From Rhodoferax sp. (GTDB taxonomy: Bacteria > Pseudomonadota > Gammaproteobacteria > Burkholderiales > Burkholderiaceae_C): a DNA stretch of 64,000 nt. Location: the NCBI RefSeq assembly GCF_034519335.1, contig NZ_JAXHOL010000003.1, positions 27,597 through 91,596 on the forward strand, given 5' to 3'. The translations under genes and the position numbers were made by a program. This document shows, piece by piece, positions 1 to 9,450 of this stretch; the first letter of the stretch is position 1; each line of letters starts with the position of its first letter. The notes under the pieces were generated by a model. That model saw only the letters and a program-made list of their open reading frames with translations. It was not told the origin of the DNA and made no database searches.

Positions 1-253
1 GTGGCAATCTCCCCGACCCCCAGACCGGGGTGCTGCTGGATCAAACTCAGCGCCCACACCTGGGCGCCGCCCAGGCCGGTGTCTTTCTCCACCTGCCGGA
101 AGTGCGTGCGGACGGCATTGAACACCACCCGAAACTGCCGCAGCGCCAGCGCAGCGGAGTCGGTGGGGTTGGCGGATGGCTGGGAGGCTTTCATGAACAC
201 ACCGGGCTGTGGAAGGTGCCCGCATCATAAATCGCCCCCTCTCGACCGCCCGG

Positions 254-1012
254 CTAAGCCGCTGTTGCGGCGCCCGCCAGCAACTGCGCGCGCACCCGCT
301 TCATCAGCAAATCGTCAAAGGTGTAGAAGCCGGGTGCGCAGTGGCGCAGCTCGTTCAGGGCAAACGCAGCCCCGGTGCCAAAGGCCTCCCGCTTGATGGA
401 GTCGTGAATAAGCCGCACGGTTTGGTACGGAAAACCGAAGATCACCTCGTGGTGCCCCACGATGCCGCCCAGGCGCATGGACGTGATCTTGTCGCCGCCC
501 ACGTCCAGGCTCTCGGCAATCTTTTTGGCCGTGCCAGACACCTCCGGCTTGTCCCGAAAATGCTGCTCCAAAATTTCCACATCGGCAAACGGCGCAATCT
601 CGCGCAGCAGGCGCGCGGCCATGATCAAAAAGTTGATACCCACGGTGATGTTGGGCGAACACAGCACCCGCGCATGTGCCCCCAGCGCACGGATGGCGGC
701 CAGCTGCGCGTCGTCATAGGACGAAATGGCCGTCACCAACATCAGCCCGCGGCGCGCCACTTCGTCTGCGTAAATAGCCGCCGACTCCGCGTTCGAAAAA
801 TCCACCAAAGCATCCACTGGGTGCTGGTCCAGCCAATCCGCCAGGCTGTCTTTGGACAACGCGGTGACGGGAATACTGGCGTCACCCAGCGTCACCGACA
901 CCGGGGTACCGCTGCGCGTGGCAATCCACTGCAGCGCGTAGCGCGGGTCTTCACTCAACACCTGGGCCACTGCGCTGCCCGCCTTGCCGTATCCGATCAA
1001 TCCCACTTTCAT
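254..1012 (-). CDS. Divergent dihydrodipicolinate reductase (DapB)-like protein
   Basis: Rossmann motif KVGLIGYGKAG, LVDFS, SPNITVG, EQHFRDKPEVSGTA (DapB EXHHXXKXDAPSGTA variant), SMRLGGIVGHHEVIF, REAFGTGA. ATG at 1012 chosen over the upstream ORF start. Confidence 0.75.
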   Translation of the reverse strand: MKVGLIGYGKAGSAVAQVLSEDPRYALQWIATRSGTPVSVTLGDASIPVTALSKDSLADWLDQHPVDALVDFSNAESAAIYADEVARRGLMLVTAISSYDDAQLAAIRALGAHARVLCSPNITVGINFLIMAARLLREIAPFADVEILEQHFRDKPEVSGTAKKIAESLDVGGDKITSMRLGGIVGHHEVIFGFPYQTVRLIHDSIKREAFGTGAAFALNELRHCAPGFYTFDDLLMKRVRAQLLAGAATAA

Positions 1013-1120
1013 ATGTGTCTCCTCGGGTTGCTCGTTTTGTAAATACATTTGTGCAAATATAGCAAATTACATTTGTATCAATGTATGATTTACAACAACA
1101 CCCCCACGGGCAGCCAGACA

Positions 1121-2438
1121 ATGCGACCGCACCCCCATATTTATTCGGCCTTCCGCAACGAGCTATACGACGCACACCTGTGGCGCGGGCGCGCCCTGTT
1201 CATCGCCTTTGCCGCGCTGGCTGGGCTTTCCGTGGTGAGCTTCACCTGGCTCAGCGAGCACGCACTGGCCCTCTTCTTCACCCTGCAATCAAGCCACTGG
1301 TGGGCGCCCCTTGCTGTGGACGCCACTCACCGCTGCGGCCATCGTGTGGGTCACCCGACGCTATGCGCCGGGCGCAGCCGGGTCCGGCATACCGCAGGTG
1401 ATGGCGGCACAAGACCCCAGCGTGAACGAAAGCACACGTGGCCTGTTTGTCTCCCTGCGCTTGGCAGTGGCCAAGGTGGTGCTCACCGCCTGGGGCTTGC
1501 TGGGCGGCTTGTCGCTGGGGCGCGAAGGCCCGTCGGTGCAGATTGCAGCGGGCGTCATGCACAGCGTGCGCCGCTGGCTGCCCAAGCGCTCCCAGATCAG
1601 CGAACACAGCCTGCTGGTGGCGGGTGGTGCAGCCGGCATAGCTGCGGCCTTCAACACACCTCTGGGCGGCGTCATGTTTGCGATTGAGGAACTCACCCGC
1701 AAGCCCGAACACCGCAACCACGGCCTCACCATCGCCGCCATTGTGCTAGCCGGGCTGATGGGCATCTCGGCCTATGGCAACGGCAGCTACTTCGGCATCA
1801 TCCGCGTTGAAGGCTTTGGCTGGTCCACTCTGTTACCGGGCCTCCTTGTCTCATTGGCTTGTGGCTTGCTGGGTGGCTTGTTTGCGCGCCTGCTGGTGGT
1901 GTCTTTGGCCGGCCATTCGCTGGACTGGTTCAGCACACAGCGCAAGGCGCGGCCGGTGGCCTTCGCCGCAGCATGCGGCCTGGCCATTGCCGTCATTGGT
2001 GTGGTGACGGCGGGCGACACCTTTGGCAGTGGCTACGCACACACCAAGGCCTCGTTGGAGAACACTGGAGACACCAGCCCTTTTTATGTGCTGCTCAAGT
2101 TCGTCACCACCTGGCTCACCACCTGGGCGGGTGTGCCCGGTGGCATCTTTGCACCGTCGCTGGCCATTGGGGGGGCCGTGGGCGGCGATGTGGCGCAATG
2201 GACTGCCTACGCCAACCCGCCTACCCTGATCGCCCTGGGCATGGCGGCGTTTTTGGCAGCCGTGACCCAAGCCCCTCTCACGGCCTTCATCATCGTCATG
2301 GAAATGGTGGACGGCCACGCCCTGGTGCTGAGCCTGATGGCCAGTGCCCTGTTGGCCAGCGCCGTGTCGCGTCTTATCAGCGCGCCCTTGTATGCGTCGC
2401 TGGCCGAGCTGCAGCTCACCCGCCTGCCCAAAGCCTGA
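1121..2438 (+). CDS. ClC-family chloride channel / Cl-/H+ antiporter; apparent +1 frameshift near 1307-1311 (C-run)
   Basis: GSGIP, GREGP, GIFAP, AFNTPLGG motifs in ORF 1311-2438; N-terminal TM segment continues from ORF 1121-1310 in another frame (WWAP|LLWTPL). Confidence 0.85.
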
Positions 2439-2447
2439 GGTTTCGTT

Positions 2448-2993
2448 ATGGTCCGAAAAATCCTGGTCGTTGTGGACGACCGTCCCGTCACCCAATCCGC
2501 CATTGACCACGCCATTGAAATGGCACAAACCCACCGTGCCGACATTTTTTTCTTCGGGGTGCTGCCGCACTACGACTACCCGGCCGTCGACATGCTCCCG
2601 GTGGCCGATGTGTCCGCCGAAGGCTTGCAGGCCAAAGCGGCTGCGGAAGCCTCACGCTTGCTGGCTGCCGCAAGCGCGTGGGCAGAGCGCTGCGGGGTGC
2701 ACAGCCACCGCGCGACCGCCATGGCAGGTGATGCCGCCCACGCGGTGGCCGACGCTGCCATCAAACGGCACTGCGACCTGATCGTGGTGGGCACCGAAGA
2801 CCACAACGCCGTGGTGCGCCTGCTCAATGGCAGCATTGTTCCGGGGCTCATCTCCAAGGCGACCGTGCCGGTGCTGGTCTGCCGGGACCGCCCCTTGCGT
2901 GCCAAACGCAACAGCCACCTGCGCCGCCCCTTCGACAAAAAAATAGCGGTCCGAGAATTGGGCACCCGTGATGACGACGAACCGAATGACTAG
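2448..2993 (+). CDS. Universal stress protein (UspA family)
   Basis: RKILVVVD..., CDLIVVGT, LLNGSIVPGLISKATVPVLV signature. Confidence 0.85.
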   Translation: MVRKILVVVDDRPVTQSAIDHAIEMAQTHRADIFFFGVLPHYDYPAVDMLPVADVSAEGLQAKAAAEASRLLAAASAWAERCGVHSHRATAMAGDAAHAVADAAIKRHCDLIVVGTEDHNAVVRLLNGSIVPGLISKATVPVLVCRDRPLRAKRNSHLRRPFDKKIAVRELGTRDDDEPND

Positions 2994-3573
2994 AGCCACG
3001 CCCCCACGCACCACAAGCGCCCTCGCCCCGCTGCGCCGCCGCCTGCTCCAGGTTATCGGTGTAGGCAGCTTGTTGCTGGCCCCAGGCTGGGCCGCGGCCC
3101 AAGCTCCCAGCTGCAGCGACCTGTGTGCCCTCTATGGCAGCTTGGTATTGGCACCCGAGCGAGACTTGATTGGCAGCATCCGCACACTGGAAAAAGTAGC
3201 CAAACCCGCCGTGGGCCCGCGCAACACCCGCGGCCGCTGGATACAACGCAGCGCCTACCTGGGCACCGAAGCGTTTGACAGCACCTTCTACCTCAAAGGC
3301 GGGCTGGTGCAGCGCATTGAACTGCTGAGTACCGCCCCCGAAGCCCAATGCCGCGCCCGCACCCCATGGGCGGCCACACTGTCCACCTTGCAGGCCTGGC
3401 AGGGACAAGCCGCCGTGAGCGGTGAATTCAACACGAGCGAAGGCGCACAGCAATCGGCCCATGTGGTGGTGGGCGATCTGAATGTGTCCGTCTACCTGTC
3501 CGTGACACCCACCAGCTGCGCAACCACCGTGGCTTTTCAAAAGCGCGATGTGAAAGACGCCTCTGAGTTGTAG
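2986..3573 (+). CDS. Hypothetical exported protein, putative Tat signal
   Basis: RRRLLQ followed by hydrophobic stretch and AAA-QA cleavage site; start overlaps the usp stop. Confidence 0.6.
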   Translation: MTRATPPRTTSALAPLRRRLLQVIGVGSLLLAPGWAAAQAPSCSDLCALYGSLVLAPERDLIGSIRTLEKVAKPAVGPRNTRGRWIQRSAYLGTEAFDSTFYLKGGLVQRIELLSTAPEAQCRARTPWAATLSTLQAWQGQAAVSGEFNTSEGAQQSAHVVVGDLNVSVYLSVTPTSCATTVAFQKRDVKDASEL

Positions 3574-3611
3574 AGACAGAGCTGTATGGAGCCTACTGCG
3601 GCCCGCCTTTT

Positions 3612-3675
3612 AGCTATCAAAACAGTAGCTATTCGCGCAATATCCAAAAGGCCTAGAGGCGTATTTGACCCTCAA
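3612..3675 (+). repeat. REP-like intergenic repeat, copy 1
   Basis: AGCTATCAAAACAGTAGCT hairpin followed by ..CGCGCAATATCCA..CTAGAGGC..TTTGAC; same motif recurs 7 more times in window. Confidence 0.75.
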
Positions 3676-4748
3676 AGCGCAGCCGCAATCGCTTTGCCCA
3701 CATCGGTGGTACTGGCGGTGCCACCCATGTCGGGCGTGCGTGGACCGGTAGCCAGGGTGGCCTCAATGGCGCGCAGGATCGCGTCGTGGGCTTGCGTATG
3801 TCGGCCGTCGCCATTGCCCAGAAAGTCCAGCATCATCGCGCCCGACCAAATCATGCCAATCGGGTTGGCAATGTTCTGGCCATAAATGTCTGGCGCTGAG
3901 CCGTGCACCGGCTCGAAGAGGGACGGAAACGTGCGCTCCGGGTTCAGGTTGGCCGAGGGCGCGATCGCAATGGTGCCGGTGCAGGCCGGGCCCAGGTCCG
4001 ACAGGATGTCGCCAAACAAATTGGATGCCACCACCACGTCAAAGCGCTCGGGGCTCAGCACAAAGCGCGCCGCCAGGATGTCGATGTGGTACTTGTCCCA
4101 GCGCACATCGGGGTAACGCTGGGCCATGGCCTCCACCCGCTCATCCCAATAGGGCATGCTGATCGCCATGCCGTTGGATTTGGTGGCCGAGGTCAGGTGC
4201 TTCTTGGGGCGCTTCTGCGCCAGCTCAAACGCGTACCGCACGATGCGGTCCACCCCCTTGCGGGTGAAAACCGATTCTTGCAACACTGTCTCGCGCTCGG
4301 TGCCCTCAAACAGCCGCCCGCCGATGGAGGAATACTCCCCTTCGGTGTTTTCGCGCACCACATAAAAGTCAATGTCTCCCACTTTGCGGTTGGCCAGCGG
4401 GCACGGCACACCGGGCATCAGGCGCACGGGGCGCAGGTTCACGTACTGGTCAAACTCGCGGCGGAACTTGAGCAGCGAACCCCAAAGCGACACATGGTCC
4501 GGCACCAGCGCAGGCCAGCCCGCCGCACCAAAGTAAATGGCATCAAAGCCCCGGAGCTGCTCAAACCAGTCCGACGGCATCATCTGCCCGTGCTCGCGGT
4601 AGTAGCCGCAGTGCGCCCAGTCAAAGGTGGTGAATTCCAGCGCAATGCCAAACTTGCGCGCAGCGGCCTCCACCACGCGCAGCCCCTCGGGCATGACCTC
4701 GTTGCCAATGCCGTCTCCCGGCAGCACGGCGATGCGGTGTGTGTGCAT
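3672..4748 (-). CDS. dmlA: D-malate/tartrate dehydrogenase (decarboxylating)
   Basis: RIAVLPGDGIGNEV, FDQYVNLRP, VRENTEGEYS, NLFGDILSDL, FEPVHGSAPDI; isocitrate/isopropylmalate dehydrogenase family, TtuC/YeaU subgroup. Confidence 0.88.
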   Translation of the reverse strand: MHTHRIAVLPGDGIGNEVMPEGLRVVEAAARKFGIALEFTTFDWAHCGYYREHGQMMPSDWFEQLRGFDAIYFGAAGWPALVPDHVSLWGSLLKFRREFDQYVNLRPVRLMPGVPCPLANRKVGDIDFYVVRENTEGEYSSIGGRLFEGTERETVLQESVFTRKGVDRIVRYAFELAQKRPKKHLTSATKSNGMAISMPYWDERVEAMAQRYPDVRWDKYHIDILAARFVLSPERFDVVVASNLFGDILSDLGPACTGTIAIAPSANLNPERTFPSLFEPVHGSAPDIYGQNIANPIGMIWSGAMMLDFLGNGDGRHTQAHDAILRAIEATLATGPRTPDMGGTASTTDVGKAIAAAL

Positions 4749-4856
4749 TCCAGTCTCCTTGTGTTAACCAGCAGCCCCATGGCCGCGTTCACAAATCGTA
4801 GTTTTGTCCACCAATCAATACAATCCACCGAAACATAGCTTCACAAGCCACGAAAC

Positions 4857-5783
4857 GTGAACAATCAACCCCTGCTGGAAGACATGCGCCTGTTCTGCGC
4901 CGTGGTGCGCGCCCAATCGTTTGCCGCAGTGGCGCGTGACTTGGGCCTGTCCAAAGCCGTTGTCAGCAAGCGCATCAACCTGCTGGAGCGCGCGCTGGAG
5001 GCCAAGCTGCTGCACCGCACCACCCGGCGGCTGACGGTGACCGAGCAAGGCGACACCGTCTACCAGCGCGCCACGCGCATTCTGGAAGACGTGGACGCCA
5101 TGGCCCAGGCAATCACCACCCACCGCGAGGCGCCCAGCGGCCTGCTGCGCCTGTGCAGCAGCTCGGGCTTTGGCCGGCGCAAGCTGGCACCGGCCCTGGC
5201 AGCCCTGGCCAAGCGCTACCCGCAACTGGAGCTGCAGCTGGAGCTGCTGGACCGCCCGGTAGACCTGGTGGGCGAAGGCTTTCACCTCGACATCCGGCTC
5301 GGCCAGGTGCAAGAGCCCCACCTCATCACCCGGCGCATTGCCCACAACCAGCGCGTGTTGTGCGCAGCCCCAAGCTACGTGGCGCAACACGGTGCGCCCC
5401 AGAGCCTGCAAGATTTGACGCAGCACCAGTGCCTCGTCATCCGCGAACGCGACCAGGACGTAGGCCGCTGGACACTGAACGGCCCGCAGGGGCCAGAGAC
5501 CGTCAAGGTATCGGGCGCGCTGTCAGCCAACAACGGCGAGGTGGTGCACCAATGGGCGATCGAGGGGCTGGGCATTTTGTTGCGCTCCGAGTGGGACGTA
5601 GGCCCCAGCATCGCGCAAGGCAGACTGGTACGGCTGCTGCCGGACTACGCGCAGGACGCCCCAGTGTGGGCCGTGTACCCCACGCGCCTGAACCTCTCGG
5701 CCAAGGTGCGGGTGTGTGTGGAATTTCTGGAGGATTGGTTCAGGGATCCTGATGAGGTTGTGGCCAAGCACCTGTTGACCTAA
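4857..5783 (+). CDS. dmlR: LysR-family regulator (DmlR/TtuA-like), divergent from dmlA
   Basis: N-terminal HTH (SFAAVARDLGLSKAVVSKRI, LLHRTTRR) and typical divergent arrangement with the dehydrogenase. Confidence 0.8.
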   Translation: MNNQPLLEDMRLFCAVVRAQSFAAVARDLGLSKAVVSKRINLLERALEAKLLHRTTRRLTVTEQGDTVYQRATRILEDVDAMAQAITTHREAPSGLLRLCSSSGFGRRKLAPALAALAKRYPQLELQLELLDRPVDLVGEGFHLDIRLGQVQEPHLITRRIAHNQRVLCAAPSYVAQHGAPQSLQDLTQHQCLVIRERDQDVGRWTLNGPQGPETVKVSGALSANNGEVVHQWAIEGLGILLRSEWDVGPSIAQGRLVRLLPDYAQDAPVWAVYPTRLNLSAKVRVCVEFLEDWFRDPDEVVAKHLLT

Positions 5784-5786
5784 GGC

Positions 5787-5824
5787 TTGCACACCGGGTT
5801 AATTTTATGTATGATACACATCAT
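5787..5824 (+). promoter_or_regulatory. Sigma70 promoter of tetR gene with overlapping operator
   Basis: TTGCAC (5787-5792), 17 bp spacer, TATGAT (5810-5815); operator ATGATACACATCAT 5811-5824 overlaps -10 and ATG. Confidence 0.65.
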
Positions 5825-6425
5825 GCGAAAAACAGGTAACGCCCGATCTGCTGCCAAAGAAGCCTCCCACGAGCGCATTGTGGATGCGGCTGCCAAAGCC
5901 ATCCGCCGCAGCGGTTATGACGGCACAGGCGTGGCTGACATCATGAAAGAAGCGGGGCTGACGCATGGCGCCTTCTATGCCCACTTTGAATCCCGTGAAG
6001 CCATGCTGGCAGAAGCGGCCGACCGCGCGGGGGCCGAATCTAATGCCCTGGCGGCCCGCATCGTCGCCTCGGCAAAGCCTGAAGAATCGTTGCAGGCACT
6101 GATGCAGGTATACCTCTCCAAAGAGCATTTGGCCAGCATCGAGACGGGCTGCCCCATCTCTGCCCTGGGCTCGGAAATGCCACGCCAATCGCCCGAGGTG
6201 CGCTTGGCCGCTACGCGCCGTATCAAAGAGATGATTGACTTGGTTGCCCGCCAGTTTCCCGATTGGGGCCAACCCAGCGCCCATGAGCGCGCCCTGGTGA
6301 CCGTTGCCACCATGGTGGGCACGCTGACACTGGCCCGTGCGGTCAACGACCCTGCGCTGTCCGATGCGTTCTGCAAAGCCACGCTTCAAAGCCTCATTTT
6401 GCCGAAAGCGGACTCCGTCAACTGA
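5823..6425 (+). CDS. TetR/AcrR-family transcriptional regulator
   Basis: HTH ERIVDAAAKAIRRSGYDGTGVADIMKEAGLTHGAFYAHF; GCPISALGSE. Confidence 0.9.
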   Translation: MRKTGNARSAAKEASHERIVDAAAKAIRRSGYDGTGVADIMKEAGLTHGAFYAHFESREAMLAEAADRAGAESNALAARIVASAKPEESLQALMQVYLSKEHLASIETGCPISALGSEMPRQSPEVRLAATRRIKEMIDLVARQFPDWGQPSAHERALVTVATMVGTLTLARAVNDPALSDAFCKATLQSLILPKADSVN

Positions 6426-6446
6426 CGGTTTTTTTTGACCTTTAAT

Positions 6447-6460
6447 ATGATGATCATCAT
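6447..6460. promoter_or_regulatory. Putative TetR operator 2
   Basis: Perfect 14-bp palindrome ATGATGATCATCAT upstream of the oxidoreductase at 6516, just after TTGACC. Confidence 0.65.
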
Positions 6461-6515
6461 CTGAATTTGCAATCCATCGCAGCAGACCATCGCCCCCAAC
6501 CACTTCACTGAAACC

Positions 6516-7517
6516 ATGAAAGCCCTCACCTTCCAGCGCTACGGCAAATCGCCCGAGATCGGATTCACTACCGTGCCTACCCCCACGCTCCAGCCCGATG
6601 AGCTGCTGGTTCGCATCCATGCCGTGGGCCTGAACCCGATTGACAACGCGATTCCCACCGGCAAGTTCAAACCGGTGCTGGCCTTCCAACTGCCGGCCAC
6701 GATCGGCAGCGACTTGGCCGGCGTGGTGACCGAGGTCGGCAGCCGCGTGACCCGCTTCAAACCGGGCGATGAAGTCTTTGCCAGCCTGTTTGACCTGGGC
6801 AAGGGCTCTCTGGCTGAGTTTGCAGCGGTGCCCGAGAGTGCCGCGGCGTTCAAGCCCAGCAATCTGAATTTCGTCCAAGCAGCCTCCATTCCCATGGTCG
6901 GCCTCACCGTGTGGCAAGCCCTCAAGGAGCGGATCAACCTTCGGCGCGGCCAGAAGGTGTTCATCCCCGCAGGCTCGGGTGGCATTGGCACCTTTGCCAT
7001 CCAGCTGGCCAAACACTTGGGTGCCAAGGTCGGCACCAACACCAGCACGCCCAACGTCCCGCTGGTGAGCCAACTGGGCGCGGACGAAGTGGTGGACTAC
7101 AAGAAGCAAAATTTTGAAGACGTGCTGCGCGGATACGACGCCGTGCTGGGCACCATCCCCGGCGACACCATCGAAAAGTCCATCGGCATCCTCAAGCCCG
7201 GCGGCAAGATCGTGTCTCTGGTGGGCCCACTGGACGCGGCATTCGCCCGCACCAAAAAGCTCAACTTCGTGCTGACCTTCGTATTCGGTCTGATGGGCCG
7301 CAAGATCACACGCCTGGCCCAAAAGCGGGATGTGGGCTACTCCTTCCTGTTCGTTCGCCCCGATGGCCAACAGCTGGGCCAAATCGCTGAAATTCTCAAC
7401 AACGGCGGCATCCAGCCCGTTGTCGACAAGGTGTTTCCGTTCGAGCAAGCCATGGATGCCCTCGCCTACCTGGGCCAGGGACGCGCCAAAGGCAAAGTGG
7501 TCGTCTCGCTGCGCTAA
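6516..7517 (+). CDS. NADP-dependent oxidoreductase (MDR / quinone oxidoreductase-like)
   Basis: GSDLAGVV, GSLAEF, VFIPAGSGGIGTFAIQLAK, AKGKVVV. Confidence 0.85.
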   Translation: MKALTFQRYGKSPEIGFTTVPTPTLQPDELLVRIHAVGLNPIDNAIPTGKFKPVLAFQLPATIGSDLAGVVTEVGSRVTRFKPGDEVFASLFDLGKGSLAEFAAVPESAAAFKPSNLNFVQAASIPMVGLTVWQALKERINLRRGQKVFIPAGSGGIGTFAIQLAKHLGAKVGTNTSTPNVPLVSQLGADEVVDYKKQNFEDVLRGYDAVLGTIPGDTIEKSIGILKPGGKIVSLVGPLDAAFARTKKLNFVLTFVFGLMGRKITRLAQKRDVGYSFLFVRPDGQQLGQIAEILNNGGIQPVVDKVFPFEQAMDALAYLGQGRAKGKVVVSLR

Positions 7518-7580
7518 TTCCCCCTCGCCCGCCATGCGTGTGGGCGGCTTGCCACACGGCCAAGTCGCTCGCCCACACAT

Positions 7581-7594
7581 ATGACGACCATCAT
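7581..7594. promoter_or_regulatory. Putative TetR operator 3
   Basis: ATGACGACCATCAT, 12/14 match to the 6447 palindrome, 31 bp before the SDR start. Confidence 0.55.
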
Positions 7595-7624
7595 TCCAAA
7601 CCTAATTTAGCCATCCAACCTCTT

Positions 7625-8329
7625 ATGAAAATCGAAAACTCTGTAGCCCTGGTAACGGGTGCCAACCGTGGAATCGGCCTGGCTTTTGCGCAAGCCTTGT
7701 TGGCCCGTGGCGCACGCAAGGTCTACGCGACCGCGCGCGATCCCTCCTCCATCACCTTGCCCGGTGTGGAAGTCATTCAACTCGACGTGACCAAGCCGAC
7801 AGACATCCGGGCGGCGGCGCAACTGGCATCCGATGTGACGCTGCTGGTCAACAACGCAGGCATCGCCCAACCCGGCGGATTTTTGGCGCCCGATAGCGAC
7901 GACCTGACTCGCCGCATTTTTGAGACCAATGTCTACGGCGTGTTGAACATGAGCAAGGCCTTTGCGCCCGTGCTCAAGGCCCATGGCGGTGGTGCCCTGC
8001 TCAATGTGCTCTCTGTAGCGTCGTGGGTGAACGATGGCGCACTGGCCGCCTACTCGGCCAGCAAATCGGCAGCCTGGTCGCTCACCAACGCACTGCGCCA
8101 CGAACTTGCAAGCCAACACACCCAGGTATTGGGCTTGCACATGGCCTATGTCGATACCGACCTCACGCGCGGCATTGACGTGCCAAAAACCAGCCCTGAA
8201 GACATCGTGCAGCGCGCGCTGGACGGCTTGGAAGCCGGTGCAGATGAAGTCTTGGCCGATGCGCTGACGCAGCAGATCCACCAAGGACTGACGGCACCAC
8301 GTCCGTTCTACCTGCGCTCACAAAACTGA
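7625..8329 (+). CDS. Short-chain dehydrogenase/reductase
   Basis: ALVTGANRGIG, LLVNNAG, YSASK catalytic motif. Confidence 0.88.
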   Translation: MKIENSVALVTGANRGIGLAFAQALLARGARKVYATARDPSSITLPGVEVIQLDVTKPTDIRAAAQLASDVTLLVNNAGIAQPGGFLAPDSDDLTRRIFETNVYGVLNMSKAFAPVLKAHGGGALLNVLSVASWVNDGALAAYSASKSAAWSLTNALRHELASQHTQVLGLHMAYVDTDLTRGIDVPKTSPEDIVQRALDGLEAGADEVLADALTQQIHQGLTAPRPFYLRSQN

Positions 8330-8360
8330 GTCCGGTCCGCACCATTCCTGAAAGAAAACC

Positions 8361-9449
8361 ATGCTGTTTCAACCCCTTGCAGGTGCGCATCTTCAACTGC
8401 GCAACCGGATCGTCATGGCCCCCATCACAGGTATTGGTGCTGCAGACAGCAAAACGCCTTCTCTGAGGAGGGCGGAGTATTACGGCAATCGCGCTACGGC
8501 GGGTTTGGTCATCACCGAAGGCACATCACCGTCCCCCAATGGTTTGGGCCGCGCCCACATACCAGGGCTGTTCAACAACAAGCAGGTGGGAGGCTGGAAG
8601 CTGGTGGCCGACGCCGTACAAGCGCAAGGCGGCAAGATCTTCCTATCACTCATGCACACGGGCCGCGTAAGCCATGTGGACAACCTGCCCGCTGGCGCAG
8701 AAGTGCTGGGGCCTACTGCATTAGCTTGCCCTGGAGAGATCCACACGGACACACAAGGCATGCAAGCGCACAGCACCCCACGCGCGATGACGGAGGCGGA
8801 TATTGCCCAAGTGGTAGCGGAGTACGCCAAGTCAGCCAAATTGGCGATATCTGCTGGATTTGATGGTGTGGAACTCCACGCTGCGGATGGGTACCTGGTG
8901 GAGCAATTTCTCAATGCCAATGTGAACCAGCGTATCGACCGCTACGGTGGCAGCATCCACGGCCGCAATCGCTTTGCGCTCTAAATCCTGCGTGCCCTGG
9001 TGGATGCCATCGGCGCGCACCGCGTGGGCATTCGCTTGTCGCCCTACGGGGTGGCCAACAGTACCGGTTCGTATGCCGACCTCGAAGCACAGTACCTGGC
9101 GCTGATCGACGCCATGGCGGAGATGCGGATTTTGTATGTCCACTTGTTGGATCACTCTGCGATGGGAGCGCCACCGGTACCCAATAAATTCAAGTTCCGG
9201 CTGCGCGTCGCCTTCGCAGGCATTTTCATTTTGACAAGCGGTTTTGACCGCGTCTCCGCAGACTACAGCATTGGTGCCGGCCATGCAGATCTCATAGGCT
9301 TTGAGCGACCGTCGGTTGCCAGCCCTGACTTCGTAGAGCGCATACGGACCAAAGTGGACCTGAACGCACTGGACCAAGAGGCCTTCTATGCACCCGGTCC
9401 CAAAGGTTACTCCGGCTATCCCTCTTTCACCGCTCACCAAGGACACTGA
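8361..9449 (+). pseudogene. Old yellow enzyme (alkene reductase) pseudogene, in-frame TAA at 8982-8984
   Basis: Two in-frame ORFs (8361-8984, 9000-9449) joined as RFAL*ILRALVDAIG; close paralog of 11335-12408 with HAAN changed to HAAD. Confidence 0.85.
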
Positions 9450-9450
9450 A

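Noticed and set aside
1049-1120. Fluoride riboswitch ahead of the ClC gene
   Set aside because: No crcB-motif consensus seen, and the protein has GSGIP/GREGP rather than the fluoride-type ClC motifs.
5805-7580. 591-aa antisense ORF, and similar long shadow ORFs (18780-20372, 29444-30481, 31746-33152, 46959-48332)
   Set aside because: They lie opposite well-supported genes and are the expected by-product of high-GC codon bias; no motifs.
8982-8984. Recoding (selenocysteine or pyrrolysine) in the OYE gene, given mnmH nearby
   Set aside because: The codon is TAA, and other active-site lesions indicate decay.
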